A stretch of DNA of 64,000 nt from Thermoplasmata archaeon (GCA_022750205.1 JAKIWD010000001.1:1222-65221), one strand, 5' to 3'; numbered from the stretch's first letter, positions 1-9,258 are shown. Program-made: numbers and translations. The notes: generated by a model not told the origin, from the sequence alone.

Positions 1-923
1 ACGACGCCGGCGAGCCGCAGCGAACCCACGGTCAGACCCGTCTCCTCCCGAAGCTCGCGCCGGGCGGTGTCCTCCGGGAGCTCGCCCGGCTCCTGCTTAC
101 CCCCCGGGAGCTCCCACAATCCACCCAACAGCCCGGTCGACGGGCGACGTTGCACGAGCCATCGGCCCCGACGTCGTACCGCGACCACCGATGCCACGAC
201 CCGCTGGGACTTCGGTCGATGCGAACGTCGAGGGAGCACGGAAGGGTCCGGCAGTTCCTGCCGCGCCCGACACGTCGAAGCCCACGGGCAGCGCGGGCAG
301 GCCGGACGCACCGGGGTACAGATGGTCTCCCCGAGCTCCATGAGCGCCTCGTTGAACGCTCCGGCATCGGTGACGGGTAGGCTCCGGGCGAGAGCCTTCG
401 CGATGCGTTGTCGCGGCGCCCGGGCGCGGACGTCTCCGCGCTCGAGCGAAAGTCGCGCTCCGACACGCAGTCCATTCGCCTCGAGGGCCAGGACCGGGGC
501 GTTGAACGCGAGGCTCGCGACCGCGGAGGCGATGTACGGTCCGATCCCGGGGAGCCCGCGCAGCTCGGCGACGGATGCCGGCACCCTTCCCGCGAACCGG
601 TCGACGACCTCCACGGCCGCCCGACGCAGGTTCCGCGCCCTCGCGTAGTAACCGGCCCCTTCCCAGACCTTGAGCACCTCCTCCTCGGAGGCACGCGCGA
701 GCGCGGTCACGTCGGGATAACGCGTGACGAAGCGTTCGTAGTACGGGATGGCCTGCGCGACGCGGGTCTGCTGGAGGAGGACCTCGGCGATCCAGATCCG
801 GTACGGGTCGCGGTCCGTCCGCCAGGGGAGCGGACGGTGCTCCCGCTCGTACCACCGGAGGAGCGCGGCGGCCGAGGGGGCCGGAGCCGGTTCCACCGAC
901 CCGTTGACCGCGCGCGCCGTCAC
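1..923 (-). CDS. mutY: A/G-specific adenine DNA glycosylase (MutY family); 3' end lies beyond the window start
   Basis: Absent from the ORF track because it has no stop inside the window. Manual minus-strand translation from GTG (923-921) gives MTARAVNGS..AALLRWYEREHRPLPWRTDRDPYRIWIAEVLLQQTRV.., GLPGIGPY (HhH), Fe-S loop CTPVRPACPRCPWASTC, then NUDIX-like GGLWELPGGK. Confidence 0.85.
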   Translation of the reverse strand, partial: MTARAVNGSVEPAPAPSAAALLRWYEREHRPLPWRTDRDPYRIWIAEVLLQQTRVAQAIPYYERFVTRYPDVTALARASEEEVLKVWEGAGYYARARNLRRAAVEVVDRFAGRVPASVAELRGLPGIGPYIASAVASLAFNAPVLALEANGLRVGARLSLERGDVRARAPRQRIAKALARSLPVTDAGAFNEALMELGETICTPVRPACPRCPWASTCRARQELPDPSVLPRRSHRPKSQRVVASVVAVRRRGRWLVQRRPSTGLLGGLWELPGGKQEPGELPEDTARRELREETGLTVGSLRLAGV

Positions 924-946
924 GGGAGATGCTCAAAAAGCCATAG

Positions 947-956
947 AGTTAAAAGG
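947..956. promoter_or_regulatory. TATA-like AT-rich element (AGTTAAAAGG) in the divergent mutY/thioredoxin spacer
   Basis: Only AT-rich stretch in the 76-nt spacer. It lies about 29 nt from the mutY GTG and 36-48 nt from the thioredoxin start candidates (988/1000), which fits archaeal TATA spacing in both directions. Confidence 0.35.
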
Positions 957-999
957 AGGGGAACGGTCGAACGCTCGGGGGAAGTCGTTGCCTGGCCCG

Positions 1000-1329
1000 G
1001 TGAACCTGCCGATCGTCACCGACGAGACGTTCGAGGAGGAGATCATTCGTAGCCGGGTGCCGGTCGTCGTCGATTTCTACGCCGACTGGTGCGCGCCGTG
1101 CAAAACGGCCGAGCCGATCCTCGTGGAGCTGTCCCGATCCCTCGCCGGCCGCGTCAAGTTCGCCAAGGTCAACGTCGACGATGCGGACAACGTCACGCGC
1201 TCGTACGGGATCCACTCGATCCCGACGTACGTGTTCGTCCAGCAGGGGCGCGAGAAGGGCCGGGAGATCGGCGCGTTCGACGCCACCGAGTTCCGGACGA
1301 TCCTGCAACGCTACTTCGCCTTCGGCTGA
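1000..1329 (+). CDS. trxA: thioredoxin
   Basis: C-terminal part of track ORF 748-1329: NLPIVTDETFEEEIIRSRVPVVVDFYADWCAPCK..IHSIPTYVF. It has the WCxPC active site at the usual distance from the N-terminus. Start set to in-frame GTG 1000 (TTG 988 also possible); the upstream part of the ORF is Arg-rich and overlaps mutY. Confidence 0.85.
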   Translation: MNLPIVTDETFEEEIIRSRVPVVVDFYADWCAPCKTAEPILVELSRSLAGRVKFAKVNVDDADNVTRSYGIHSIPTYVFVQQGREKGREIGAFDATEFRTILQRYFAFG

Positions 1330-1368
1330 CGCGTACCCTGACCGGCTCGACCGAGTCGGCGACCGCAC

Positions 1369-2937
1369 CTAGTGGCGGAAGACCCGCCAACCCGTGCAGT
1401 ACATCGCGATGCCGTAACGCTCCGCGGCCGCCAGGACCTCCTCGTCGCGGACGCTGCCCCCCGGCTGGATGATCACGCGCACTCCGGCCTTCCCGGCGGC
1501 CTCGACGCCGTCGGCGAACGGAAAGAACGCGTCGGACGCGAGCACCGAGCCCTTGGCCCGCTCGCCGGCGACCTCGAGGGCGAGCTCGACCGCCTTAACG
1601 CGGGTCGGTTGGCCGGACCCGATACCGACGGTCTCCGAGCCCTGGGCGAGGACGACCGCATTGGACTTGGCGTGGCGGACGACGCGCCAGGCAAACTCCA
1701 TCGAGGACGCCTCCGATGCGGTCGCCGTAGCGCGGGTCACGCATCGATAGTCGGACGGCGCGAGCTGGCGCCGGTCCACGTGCTGGAGTAGCAGGCGGCC
1801 TAATGCGCTGTGGGCCTCCCACTGCGGCCGGTCCAACGCGTAGGGGTCGACCCGCACCAGTTTGAGCTTGGCGCGGCGGTCGAGGGCCGTGCGAGCGGCA
1901 AGGTCGACGGCGGGCGCCCCCAGGAGGTCGACGAACACGCCGTGTAACGCCACCGGGTCGTCGGCGCGAAGCGGCCGATTCACGGCGAGCACGCCGCCGT
2001 ACCGGGCGATCGGGTCGGTGGCGACGGCACGGGCCATCGCCTCCCCGACCGTGTCGGCGGACGCGACGCCGACGGGCGTGGCGTGCTTGACGATCGCCGC
2101 GGTGGGGGTCGCAAACTCGCTCACGACGGCGAGCGCCGTCTCCAGGTCGAGCAGGTTCGTGAACGACAGGGCGTCGCCCTTGAGCAGCTCGAGGGGGGCT
2201 GCGGACATCGAGGGCGCCGCGGGGCCGTCCAATTGGAAGACCGCCGCCGGTTGATGGGGGTTCTCCCCGTAGCGGAGCTGGAGCGCCTCGCGGCGGAACT
2301 CGACCGCGTCCGGGAACACCGAGCTCGACGTGGCCGCGCGGGCGATGCCGCGCGAGATTGTCGCGTCGTAGGCCGCGGTCCGTTCGAACGCAGCCACCGC
2401 GAGGGCCAGCCGCGTCGCGGCGGACAGGTACCCGCCCTCGCGGGTCAGCTCTTCGACGACGAGAGGGTACTGGTCGGGGGAGGTGAGCACCGCGACCGCC
2501 GCGTGGTTCTTCGCGGCCGCCCTCGCCAGGCTGACACCGCCGACGTCGACGAACTCCTCGAGGTCATCGGCCTGGGGGGCTTGGGCCAGGCGCCTCGCGA
2601 ACGGGTAGAAGTTCACGGCGACGAGATCGATCCGCAGGAGGTCGCGGCGAGCGAGTTCGGCGTCGCCCTCCGGGGTTCGCGGGGCCAGGATGCCACCCAG
2701 GAGCCCCGGGTGAAGGGTCTTGATCCGGCCGCCGAACCAGGCGCCGATCCCGGTCAGGTCCTCGGCCGGCCGGGTCGGCACGCCCTCCCGGCTCAGGGCG
2801 TCGCGGGTGCCCTGGGTGGCAATGACCTCGACGTTGCCGGCTTGAAGCGCTCGGGCGAGCGTGGCGAGCCCGGTGCGCTCGTCCACCGAGAGGAGTGCGC
2901 GGCGAACCGGTACCAGCCCCGCCCTGTCGGATGGCAC
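1369..2937 (-). CDS. purH: bifunctional AICAR formyltransferase / IMP cyclohydrolase
   Basis: 522 aa. N-terminal MGS-like domain (RRALLSVDERTG..GGRIKTLHPGLLGGILA..VAVNFYPF..VDVGGVSLARAAAKNH) and C-terminal AICARFT domain ending ..IIQPGGSVRDEEV..AMYCTGWRVFRH. Confidence 0.95.
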   Translation of the reverse strand: MPSDRAGLVPVRRALLSVDERTGLATLARALQAGNVEVIATQGTRDALSREGVPTRPAEDLTGIGAWFGGRIKTLHPGLLGGILAPRTPEGDAELARRDLLRIDLVAVNFYPFARRLAQAPQADDLEEFVDVGGVSLARAAAKNHAAVAVLTSPDQYPLVVEELTREGGYLSAATRLALAVAAFERTAAYDATISRGIARAATSSSVFPDAVEFRREALQLRYGENPHQPAAVFQLDGPAAPSMSAAPLELLKGDALSFTNLLDLETALAVVSEFATPTAAIVKHATPVGVASADTVGEAMARAVATDPIARYGGVLAVNRPLRADDPVALHGVFVDLLGAPAVDLAARTALDRRAKLKLVRVDPYALDRPQWEAHSALGRLLLQHVDRRQLAPSDYRCVTRATATASEASSMEFAWRVVRHAKSNAVVLAQGSETVGIGSGQPTRVKAVELALEVAGERAKGSVLASDAFFPFADGVEAAGKAGVRVIIQPGGSVRDEEVLAAAERYGIAMYCTGWRVFRH

Positions 2938-2994
2938 TGCCCGTACCCCGAAGTGGGAGGTTGACCGAGAGATAAGTCTGACGAACGGCGGTCG

Positions 2995-4527
2995 TCACAA
3001 AACCGAGACAGCGAGCGTGATCGTAGTGATCGTCAGGCGCTGGGTATAGAGGGGCGCCGAGATCTGCGAGGTGCCGCCACTAGGGGGGGTCAGGCACGTC
3101 GCGGGCGCGACGAACGTGCCGTGCGGGGTGCACGTCGCCCCCCCAGGGAACAGGGTCGGCTGGCTGAGGAAGTAGTCGTACCACGCGAGCGGGTAGGCGG
3201 TCGTGATGTTCAGGAATAGGGGGCTGTCGAGGTAGAACGAGGATTGGCCGTTCTGGACCGTTACGGTCTGCACGCCGAGCACGCGGGTCGTGACGGCAGC
3301 GGTCGCGATCCCACCGGTCTCGGTGAACGTGCCGATGAAGTTGATCAGGGTCACCGCGGCGGTATAGCCCGACGGGTAGAGCTTGACAATGATGTGCGGC
3401 GGGCTGACCATCGCCGACGCGCCCCCAGCGGAGGATTCGATGACGGCGCCCTGGTCATAGGCGACGGTCGCCGGCAGAATGTAGTGGTTGTTCAGTTGCA
3501 CGAGGATGCCCGAGAGGTAATCCTGCGTGTAGCTCGACGCGAAGGTCTGGGTGAACGCGCACGCGACGAACCCGGTGTTGTTCATGAAGGTGAGGTGCTC
3601 GTTCGAGCCCCCGCCACCGGGGTACGTAACCTCGTGCGGAGCGCTGGCGTAGCCGAGCGCGTTCCACCAGGTCACGTTCATGAAGAGATTGGACCCGCCG
3701 CTCCCCAACGTGCCCAAGGTGTCGGTGCTCGAGAGATTGCCGTAGGGGCAGATTTCGCTGACGGTGCCCACGAACACGACATCGAGGGTCATCGACCCGT
3801 GGCTCGAGTGCGAGCCGCTCGGGCTGAAGTTGAACACGTCGTGCTGGCCGTAGAACAGGAACGTGGCGATCGGGGAGTTCGTATCGGATCCGCCCTTGTT
3901 GTAGTTGACCACGTCGTTGGAGCCGTTGATGATGAAGTAGACGAACCCGGTGTCCCCACCCGTCCAGGAGACGGTGATCGTATCGTTGTTGCCGGAGATG
4001 TTGTACTGCATCGAGTTGCTGTTGCCGTTGACGGTGAGCGTGAAGGCGGAGTTGTTCGAGTTCGTGACGTTCCAGGTATCGATGTTCCCATTGCCCGCGC
4101 AATGACCGGAGCCGCCGGTCAGGCAGGAGGTGCCGGTGTTCCAGTTAGGGGGGTGGGAGAATACCTGCGCAACGCCATAGTTCGTCTGCGTCGAGAGCAA
4201 CGACGATTCCGGGGCGATCGATCCCGAGGAGGGCGCCGCCCACGGGGGGAGGGCCTGGGAACCGAGGGTCACTGGACTGGACAACGCAAGTCCGAGGCCC
4301 GGGTGGGCCGCCTCGGCCAGAACGGTCGCCTGCAGCCGGGCGAGCTGGTTCTCGACGAGCAGGACGTGCTGGTACTCCAGCGCGCCCATGTTGCCGGGCA
4401 GCGGCTGGATCACGAAGACCGAGATGAACATCACGACGAGCAGCAGCCCGAAGATCGTGGCCACGGCGGCAACCTGCCCACCGTTGGCGCGCCGACGGCG
4501 CTGGCGGATCGTACGAAAGCGACGCAC
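2995..4527 (-). CDS. secreted/surface Asn-rich glycoprotein with pilin-like (class III-like) N-terminal signal
   Basis: 510 aa. N-terminus MRRFRTIRQRRRRANGGQVAAVATIFGLLLVVMFISVF (basic stretch, small residues, hydrophobic helix). Central Asn/Gly/Ser repeats with many N-x-S/T sequons (NVTNSNNSAFTLTVNGNSNSMQYNISGNNDTITV) suggest a beta-helix. No catalytic motif recognised. Confidence 0.7.
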   Translation of the reverse strand: MRRFRTIRQRRRRANGGQVAAVATIFGLLLVVMFISVFVIQPLPGNMGALEYQHVLLVENQLARLQATVLAEAAHPGLGLALSSPVTLGSQALPPWAAPSSGSIAPESSLLSTQTNYGVAQVFSHPPNWNTGTSCLTGGSGHCAGNGNIDTWNVTNSNNSAFTLTVNGNSNSMQYNISGNNDTITVSWTGGDTGFVYFIINGSNDVVNYNKGGSDTNSPIATFLFYGQHDVFNFSPSGSHSSHGSMTLDVVFVGTVSEICPYGNLSSTDTLGTLGSGGSNLFMNVTWWNALGYASAPHEVTYPGGGGSNEHLTFMNNTGFVACAFTQTFASSYTQDYLSGILVQLNNHYILPATVAYDQGAVIESSAGGASAMVSPPHIIVKLYPSGYTAAVTLINFIGTFTETGGIATAAVTTRVLGVQTVTVQNGQSSFYLDSPLFLNITTAYPLAWYDYFLSQPTLFPGGATCTPHGTFVAPATCLTPPSGGTSQISAPLYTQRLTITTITLAVSVL

Positions 4528-4570
4528 GGGAAAAGAGGCTCCGGACGATGAATACGCGAAGTCGGGGTAT

Positions 4571-4954
4571 TTAAACGTCCCGAGAGGGAGGCGAGGGGGC
4601 CGCCTCGGGCGGGACGAGACGCCGGAGCCAGTCCTTGCCCTTGCGAAGGGTTCCCCAGGTTCGTCGCGTCGTGAGGCGGACTGGACCGCCGGGGAGTCCG
4701 GAGACCTCGCAATTCCACGCTCGGCGCGCTGCGTCGAGGTCCAGATGCTCGATCTCGACCAGTCCGCGGCGCTCCTCCCAGCGGATCACCCGGGTCGGGT
4801 GGGCTCCGGGTCCGGCGGCCCCGTCCAACAGGCGCTGGAGCTCGTGCTCGATCCACCGCCGAGGGGGGGAAATGTCCCCCGCTACCTCAACTCCGAGGTA
4901 GCGGGGGCGGGGAGAGGGTTTAGCGGACGAGGTCGATGACTTCCTCGGACTCAC
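4571..4954 (-). CDS. rnp2: RNase P protein component 2 (Pop5 family)
   Basis: PRPRYLGVEV.. / ..RRGLVEIEHLDLDAARRAW.. / ..RLTTRRTWGTLRKGK.. match the conserved RYIAFEI, mid-region and SGTIKK blocks of archaeal Pop5. Start placed at in-frame GTG 4954, 19 codons before RY as in characterised Pop5. The track start 4996 would overlap ftsZ by 77 nt. Confidence 0.55.
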   Translation of the reverse strand: MSPRKSSTSSAKPSPRPRYLGVEVAGDISPPRRWIEHELQRLLDGAAGPGAHPTRVIRWEERRGLVEIEHLDLDAARRAWNCEVSGLPGGPVRLTTRRTWGTLRKGKDWLRRLVPPEAAPSPPSRDV

Positions 4955-6053
4955 CGGCGGCGTAGCCTCCCTTTTGGCCCAGGAGACTGGTCGCACGGAC
5001 GCCGGTGATGATGAGGAGCACCTTGATGGTGTTCTCCATCTCCGGCGAGTTCTCGACCGAGCAGCCCCAGATGATGCGGGCCCGTTTGGAGATCTTCGCT
5101 CCGACGAGGGCCGCGGCCTTCTCCGCCTCGGAGACGGTCATGGTCGGGCCACCGATGACGCGCACCAGCGCGCCGGTCGCGTCCTTGAGCTCGACGCTGC
5201 CGAGCAGCGGGCTCGTGAGCGCCTCGGTCACGGCCTCCGTGACCCGGTCCGTCGCGCTCTCGCTCTCGCCGAGCCCGATGAGGGCGACCCCGCCGTCCTT
5301 CATGACGGTCAGGATGTCGGCGTAGTCGAGGTTGACCAGGCCCGGTCGGGTGACGATCTCGGTGATCCCCTTGATGCCGGTCATCAGGACCGCATCGGCG
5401 AGCTTGAACGCGGCGTCGAGGGGCATCCGCGGTACGAGCTCGAGGAGCTTGTCGTTCTGGATTACGATAGTCGTGTCGCAGACCCGGCGCAGGCGCTCAA
5501 GCCCGTCTCGGGCCTGCTCCATGCGCGCCGCGCCCTCGCCGGCGAACGGGAGGGTAACGACGCCCATCGTCAGGGCGCCGGCCTCCTTGGCGAGCCGCGC
5601 GACGAGGTGCGCGGAACCGGTCCCGGTCCCGCCGCCCATGCCGGCGGTGATGAACACGATGTGGGCGCCGTTGACGAACTGGCGCAGCTCCTCTTCGTTC
5701 TCCCGGGCGGCTTCCTCGCCGATCTCCGGGCGCGCGCCGGCGCCGAGCCCCTTGGTGGCACGGCGACCGATGAGGATCTTGCGCGGCGAGTGGACGGCCA
5801 GCAGATGCTTGGCGTCGGTGTTGATGGCGCACATCTCCGCGCCCTGGATGCCCTCCTCGACGCAGCGGTTGATGGTGTTGGATCCGCCGCCGCCACACCC
5901 GACGATCCGGATATTGACCTTGAGCGTCTCCGCCAACTTCGCCAATTCGGCATCGTCGGCGTTCACGTACGCCGGCGCGGCGGGCTTCTTCTCTTCGACC
6001 AGGGCCTGGTTCTCCTGGTGCTTCGCGATCGCTTCCTGAATAATGGACTTCAT
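4920..6053 (-). CDS. ftsZ: cell division GTPase FtsZ
   Basis: 377 aa with tubulin signature GGGTGTGSA (..AGMGGGTGTGSAHLVA..), N-terminal VGCGGGGSNTINR and the T7 loop region. Typical archaeal FtsZ length. Confidence 0.97.
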   Translation of the reverse strand: MKSIIQEAIAKHQENQALVEEKKPAAPAYVNADDAELAKLAETLKVNIRIVGCGGGGSNTINRCVEEGIQGAEMCAINTDAKHLLAVHSPRKILIGRRATKGLGAGARPEIGEEAARENEEELRQFVNGAHIVFITAGMGGGTGTGSAHLVARLAKEAGALTMGVVTLPFAGEGAARMEQARDGLERLRRVCDTTIVIQNDKLLELVPRMPLDAAFKLADAVLMTGIKGITEIVTRPGLVNLDYADILTVMKDGGVALIGLGESESATDRVTEAVTEALTSPLLGSVELKDATGALVRVIGGPTMTVSEAEKAAALVGAKISKRARIIWGCSVENSPEMENTIKVLLIITGVRATSLLGQKGGYAAGESEEVIDLVR

Positions 6054-6248
6054 GGATTCGTTCCCCGCTCTGTTTGTCGGACGAGCGTCATACGCTCTAT
6101 TCTCTCGAGTTTGGAAGTTGATACTTAAACATTCCTTTGAAACGGAAGCGCGGAGTTCTCGACTCGCAGAAAGCGGCAGGATGGTGGACCCGCGTGCCCC
6201 GGGCGTGCACGAAGGGGTCCCGCAGCCCCACTTTGCCCGGCGAGTTCG

Positions 6249-6941
6249 CTAGTACGGCAGTGCGATCGACCGAGCGAGGAATCGGTTCAACGGATCGAGC
6301 GACTTACACAAGCTGACAAACCGCTCGGCAAAGTCAGGGAGTGTTACGACCGCATCTTTGATCGGGAGTCCGGCCGTGAATCCCTTGCGTTTGAGATCCT
6401 CGATGTACGGATGATCCGCCGAGAAGCCCGGCGGCGGGCGCTTCAACGCCTCGCCCTCGATCTCCGGAACGGCGGCACGCACCTTGCGCCAATCCGCGGA
6501 GCGTGCGACGATCGCCGAACGGATCATCTGGAGTCGAGGCGGGTCGGCCATCCACATGCCGGCGTACACCCAGGAATCCGCAGGCGCCAGATGCAAGAAG
6601 AATCCGGGGAGGTGGTCCTCCTTCCGCTGGGCGCCGTCGTGCGAGAAGTGGATCCCAACGCTGGTGCGGTACGGGCTCTTGTCCCTGGAGAAGCGGACAT
6701 CCCGATAGATCCGCATGATCGAACCCCCTACCAGGCGGTCGTCGGCGAGGAGGTGGTGACTGATCGCACCCAATCTCGGGCCGACCGAGCGCACGAACTC
6801 GCGCGATGGGGCCTGCACGCTCGCCTCGTACCGGGCCTTGTTCTCAATGAACCACTCGCGATTGTTGTTCTTTGCGAGTTCCTGGAGGAATCGGAACGAC
6901 TCTGGTGTGAAGTGGGCCCTCCCAGGGGCGGTTTCCTTCAC
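6249..6941 (-). CDS. DUF2461 (TIGR02453) family protein
   Basis: 230 aa: FTPESFRFLQELAKNNNREWFIENKARYE.. and ..IMRIYRDVRFSRDKSPYRT.. are the hallmark blocks of this family. Confidence 0.8.
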   Translation of the reverse strand: MKETAPGRAHFTPESFRFLQELAKNNNREWFIENKARYEASVQAPSREFVRSVGPRLGAISHHLLADDRLVGGSIMRIYRDVRFSRDKSPYRTSVGIHFSHDGAQRKEDHLPGFFLHLAPADSWVYAGMWMADPPRLQMIRSAIVARSADWRKVRAAVPEIEGEALKRPPPGFSADHPYIEDLKRKGFTAGLPIKDAVVTLPDFAERFVSLCKSLDPLNRFLARSIALPY

Positions 6942-7023
6942 CGGATCTCTCCCCCTCCGTTCACCGCGTGCGTTGCCCTACTCCGTCGGAGGAAATCAAC
7001 CCTCACTCTCCCGGTGGCCCGCC

Positions 7024-7316
7024 TTGGGCGAACATGGGCGCGAAGGGTCGTGCGTCGAACACCACTTGGATCGTTCGGATCCGCTCGCCTTCGAAATGGT
7101 GCCATTCGACAACGAGGGCTGACGCCCCGGGTCCTTTCCCGTCGCCTCGTCGAGATGCGTGCAGACCAACTGATCGTCCGGGCACAAGAAGGACGGGCGA
7201 CGCGCTACCGGCTGACTCCGCGCGGCGAGGACGCGGTGTTCATCCTGCTCGCGTTCCTCCGCTACGGAACCCGGCACTACTCCGGCGACGCCCAAACTAT
7301 ACAAGCCGGGCGATGA
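7024..7316 (+). pseudogene. winged-helix (ArsR/MarR/HxlR-like) regulator interrupted by a 1-nt frameshift
   Basis: Frame of ORF 6838-7122 gives ..SCVEHHLDRSDPLAFEMVPFDNEG*. The next frame continues LTPRVLSRRLVEMRADQLIVRAQEGRATRYRLTPRGEDAV (recognition helix plus wing). GC3 is about 72% in the first frame upstream of 7118 and about 78% in the second frame downstream. One extra G in the GGG run 7116-7118 would fuse them. Confidence 0.35.
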
Positions 7317-7465
7317 ATGGGACCGGTGGCCCTTGGGCCAGGAGGTTCCCGGAATGATCGAGCCCCACATGCACGTTTTGCCGCCGGGAACCGAGTAGCC
7401 GCTCGACTCCCCGCGCAGTAGCGCCTCCGGACGATCTCCCCCCTCACCGGAAACACTCACCAAGG

Positions 7466-8215
7466 ATGCCCAACGCACCGTACCTCGACGCCAGCGTACG
7501 CTGGAGGCTCAAGAGCGGAGGCATCTCGTTCAAGGAGCCCCGCACCGCCGAGGTCGTCGAGCAGTTGCTCGATAGCGGGCTGGTCACCGAGGTCGTTCGG
7601 GCCATCGGTGCCGGAAAGGAAGCCGACGTCTTCCTCGCGCGCGATGAAGGTCGTTCAGTGGTCGCCAAAGTCTACCGGTTGTACCGGACCGCCAACCGTA
7701 GCAAGGGAGCCGTGAAGGCGGACGGGATGGGATTCCTCGCGTCGCGGGAGTTCGAGCTGCTCGGCTACGCGTACGCACACCGGGTCTCGGTCCCCGAACC
7801 GATCCACCGCGAGGAGAACGCCTTTACCATGGAACTGATCGGCGGCGCGGACGGACCGGCGCCTCAGCTCCGGGCGGTGCGCCTGGAAGAACCCGAGCCC
7901 TTCGCACGTGCGCTGCTGGAGGCGATCGACGACCTCTCGAGCGCCGGGATCGTCCACACTGACCTCAGCCCCTTCAACATCCTCGTCCACCACGAACGAC
8001 CCTGCCTGATCGATCTCGGTCGCGGGCTGCGCGTCGACCGGCTCGGCATGCCGCCCTGGGTCCAGTTGGAAGAAGCCCGCGCCGCCCTTGTGCACGGCAT
8101 GGACGAGGTCCGACGGTACTTCCGACGGTACAGCCTCGATATCGATACGGCCCCTACGTTGGAGAAGATCCTCCAGCGCATCGACCCGGGGGCCCTCTCG
8201 GCGGGACCCGATTGA
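7466..8215 (+). CDS. RIO-type serine/threonine protein kinase
   Basis: 249 aa: ..AIGAGKEADVFLAR..VVAKVYR.. (ATP-binding loop and Lys), ..GIVHTDLSPFNILV.. (catalytic loop), ..LIDLG.. (metal-binding loop). Confidence 0.85.
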   Translation: MPNAPYLDASVRWRLKSGGISFKEPRTAEVVEQLLDSGLVTEVVRAIGAGKEADVFLARDEGRSVVAKVYRLYRTANRSKGAVKADGMGFLASREFELLGYAYAHRVSVPEPIHREENAFTMELIGGADGPAPQLRAVRLEEPEPFARALLEAIDDLSSAGIVHTDLSPFNILVHHERPCLIDLGRGLRVDRLGMPPWVQLEEARAALVHGMDEVRRYFRRYSLDIDTAPTLEKILQRIDPGALSAGPD

Positions 8216-8273
8216 GAAAGCCGGCTCGCCCTCAAATACCCAGATATCCCCGGGTACGTTCGATCACGCTCGC

Positions 8274-8846
8274 ATGTCCTGGGCCGTGTTCCTCCGCGGG
8301 GCGAACGTGGGCGGGAAGGTCTTCCGCCCGACCGAAGTCGTGCGGGCGCTCCCCGCGCTTCAGCTCGTGAGCATCGGCGCGGCCGGGACCTTCGCCGTGA
8401 TGTCCGGGAACGATCCCGAGAAGGTTCGCAGAGCGATCGCCGCAGAATTGCCGTTCGATGCCGAGATCCTGGTGGTGCCGACCTCGGAGCTACGCGCCTT
8501 CCTTACCTCAGACCCACTGGCCAAGGTCTCCCTTCCGACCGGCGCCCGGAGGTTCTTGACCGTCACGGCCCGGCCACTGGATGCAGCGGCCCGCCTTCCG
8601 ATGTATTTCCCGGACCCTGACAAGTGGGAGGTGCAGATCCTCGCCATGGAGGGCCGCTTCGTGGCGGGGATGTATCGGCGGCTCGGCCCGCGCGTGCTCT
8701 ATCCCAATGCCGTCATCGAGAGGACCTTCAAGGTCGCGGCCACCACGCGGTGGTGGGAGACCGTCGAGTCCGTCCACCGTGCCCTCTCTCCAGGGACGAC
8801 GCCGGAGGGGGAAGCGACCAAGCCCGCGCGTTCCCGTCCGGGCTAG
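8274..8846 (+). CDS. DUF1697 family protein
   Basis: Track ORF 8088-8846 trimmed to ATG 8274: MSWAVFLRGANVGGKVFRPTEVVRAL..IGAAGTFAV.. resembles the LLRGINVGG N-terminus of DUF1697. The upstream part overlaps the RIO kinase gene. Confidence 0.7.
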   Translation: MSWAVFLRGANVGGKVFRPTEVVRALPALQLVSIGAAGTFAVMSGNDPEKVRRAIAAELPFDAEILVVPTSELRAFLTSDPLAKVSLPTGARRFLTVTARPLDAAARLPMYFPDPDKWEVQILAMEGRFVAGMYRRLGPRVLYPNAVIERTFKVAATTRWWETVESVHRALSPGTTPEGEATKPARSRPG

Positions 8847-8868
8847 CCGGAACCCGAACGCTGCCGGA

Positions 8869-9258
8869 TCAGAGACCGTGGCAGTACATGTGGGAGGCGA
8901 GTCGATGCAGGATCGTCGGGACCTCGTACTCGGGCCCGAACTCTTCCAGATGGTGCTGGTTGGCCTTCACCGACCAGTAGAGTGAATCCTGACAGTGGAC
9001 GCCGATCGAGAGCGCCGAGACGGGTTCGCGCTGGGCGCGTCCCTCGGCGGCGAGCTGGTCGGCGAGCTGCTCGGTCAGGCGGAGGAGGCCGTCGCGATCC
9101 CGCGGAATGCGGGTGGCCACCACCTCCTCACAGAGCCGATGGAGGCACCAGGGCCGGTACGGCTCCTCATTGAGGGCCTCCTCGATGCGGTCCATGAGGT
9201 CTTCCATGGGCCTCTCGCCGGACAGGGCCATGCGCATGATTTGCGGCCATCGGCGCAT
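8869..9258 (-). CDS. hypothetical Cys/His-containing protein
   Basis: 129 aa with balanced composition (D/E/K/L/H) and high third-position GC in this frame. No family recognised. Confidence 0.6.
   Translation of the reverse strand: MRRWPQIMRMALSGERPMEDLMDRIEEALNEEPYRPWCLHRLCEEVVATRIPRDRDGLLRLTEQLADQLAAEGRAQREPVSALSIGVHCQDSLYWSVKANQHHLEEFGPEYEVPTILHRLASHMYCHGL

Noticed and set aside
6411-7013. First 200 codons of the 301-aa plus-strand ORF 6411-7316
   Set aside because: Antisense to the DUF2461 gene with no protein-like composition. Only the 3' 300 nt carry wHTH features, and those are frameshifted.
6996-7478. 160-aa minus-strand ORF
   Set aside because: Overlaps the wHTH remnant and the RIO kinase start. 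No motif recognised and a Ser/Gly/Pro/Arg-rich composition.
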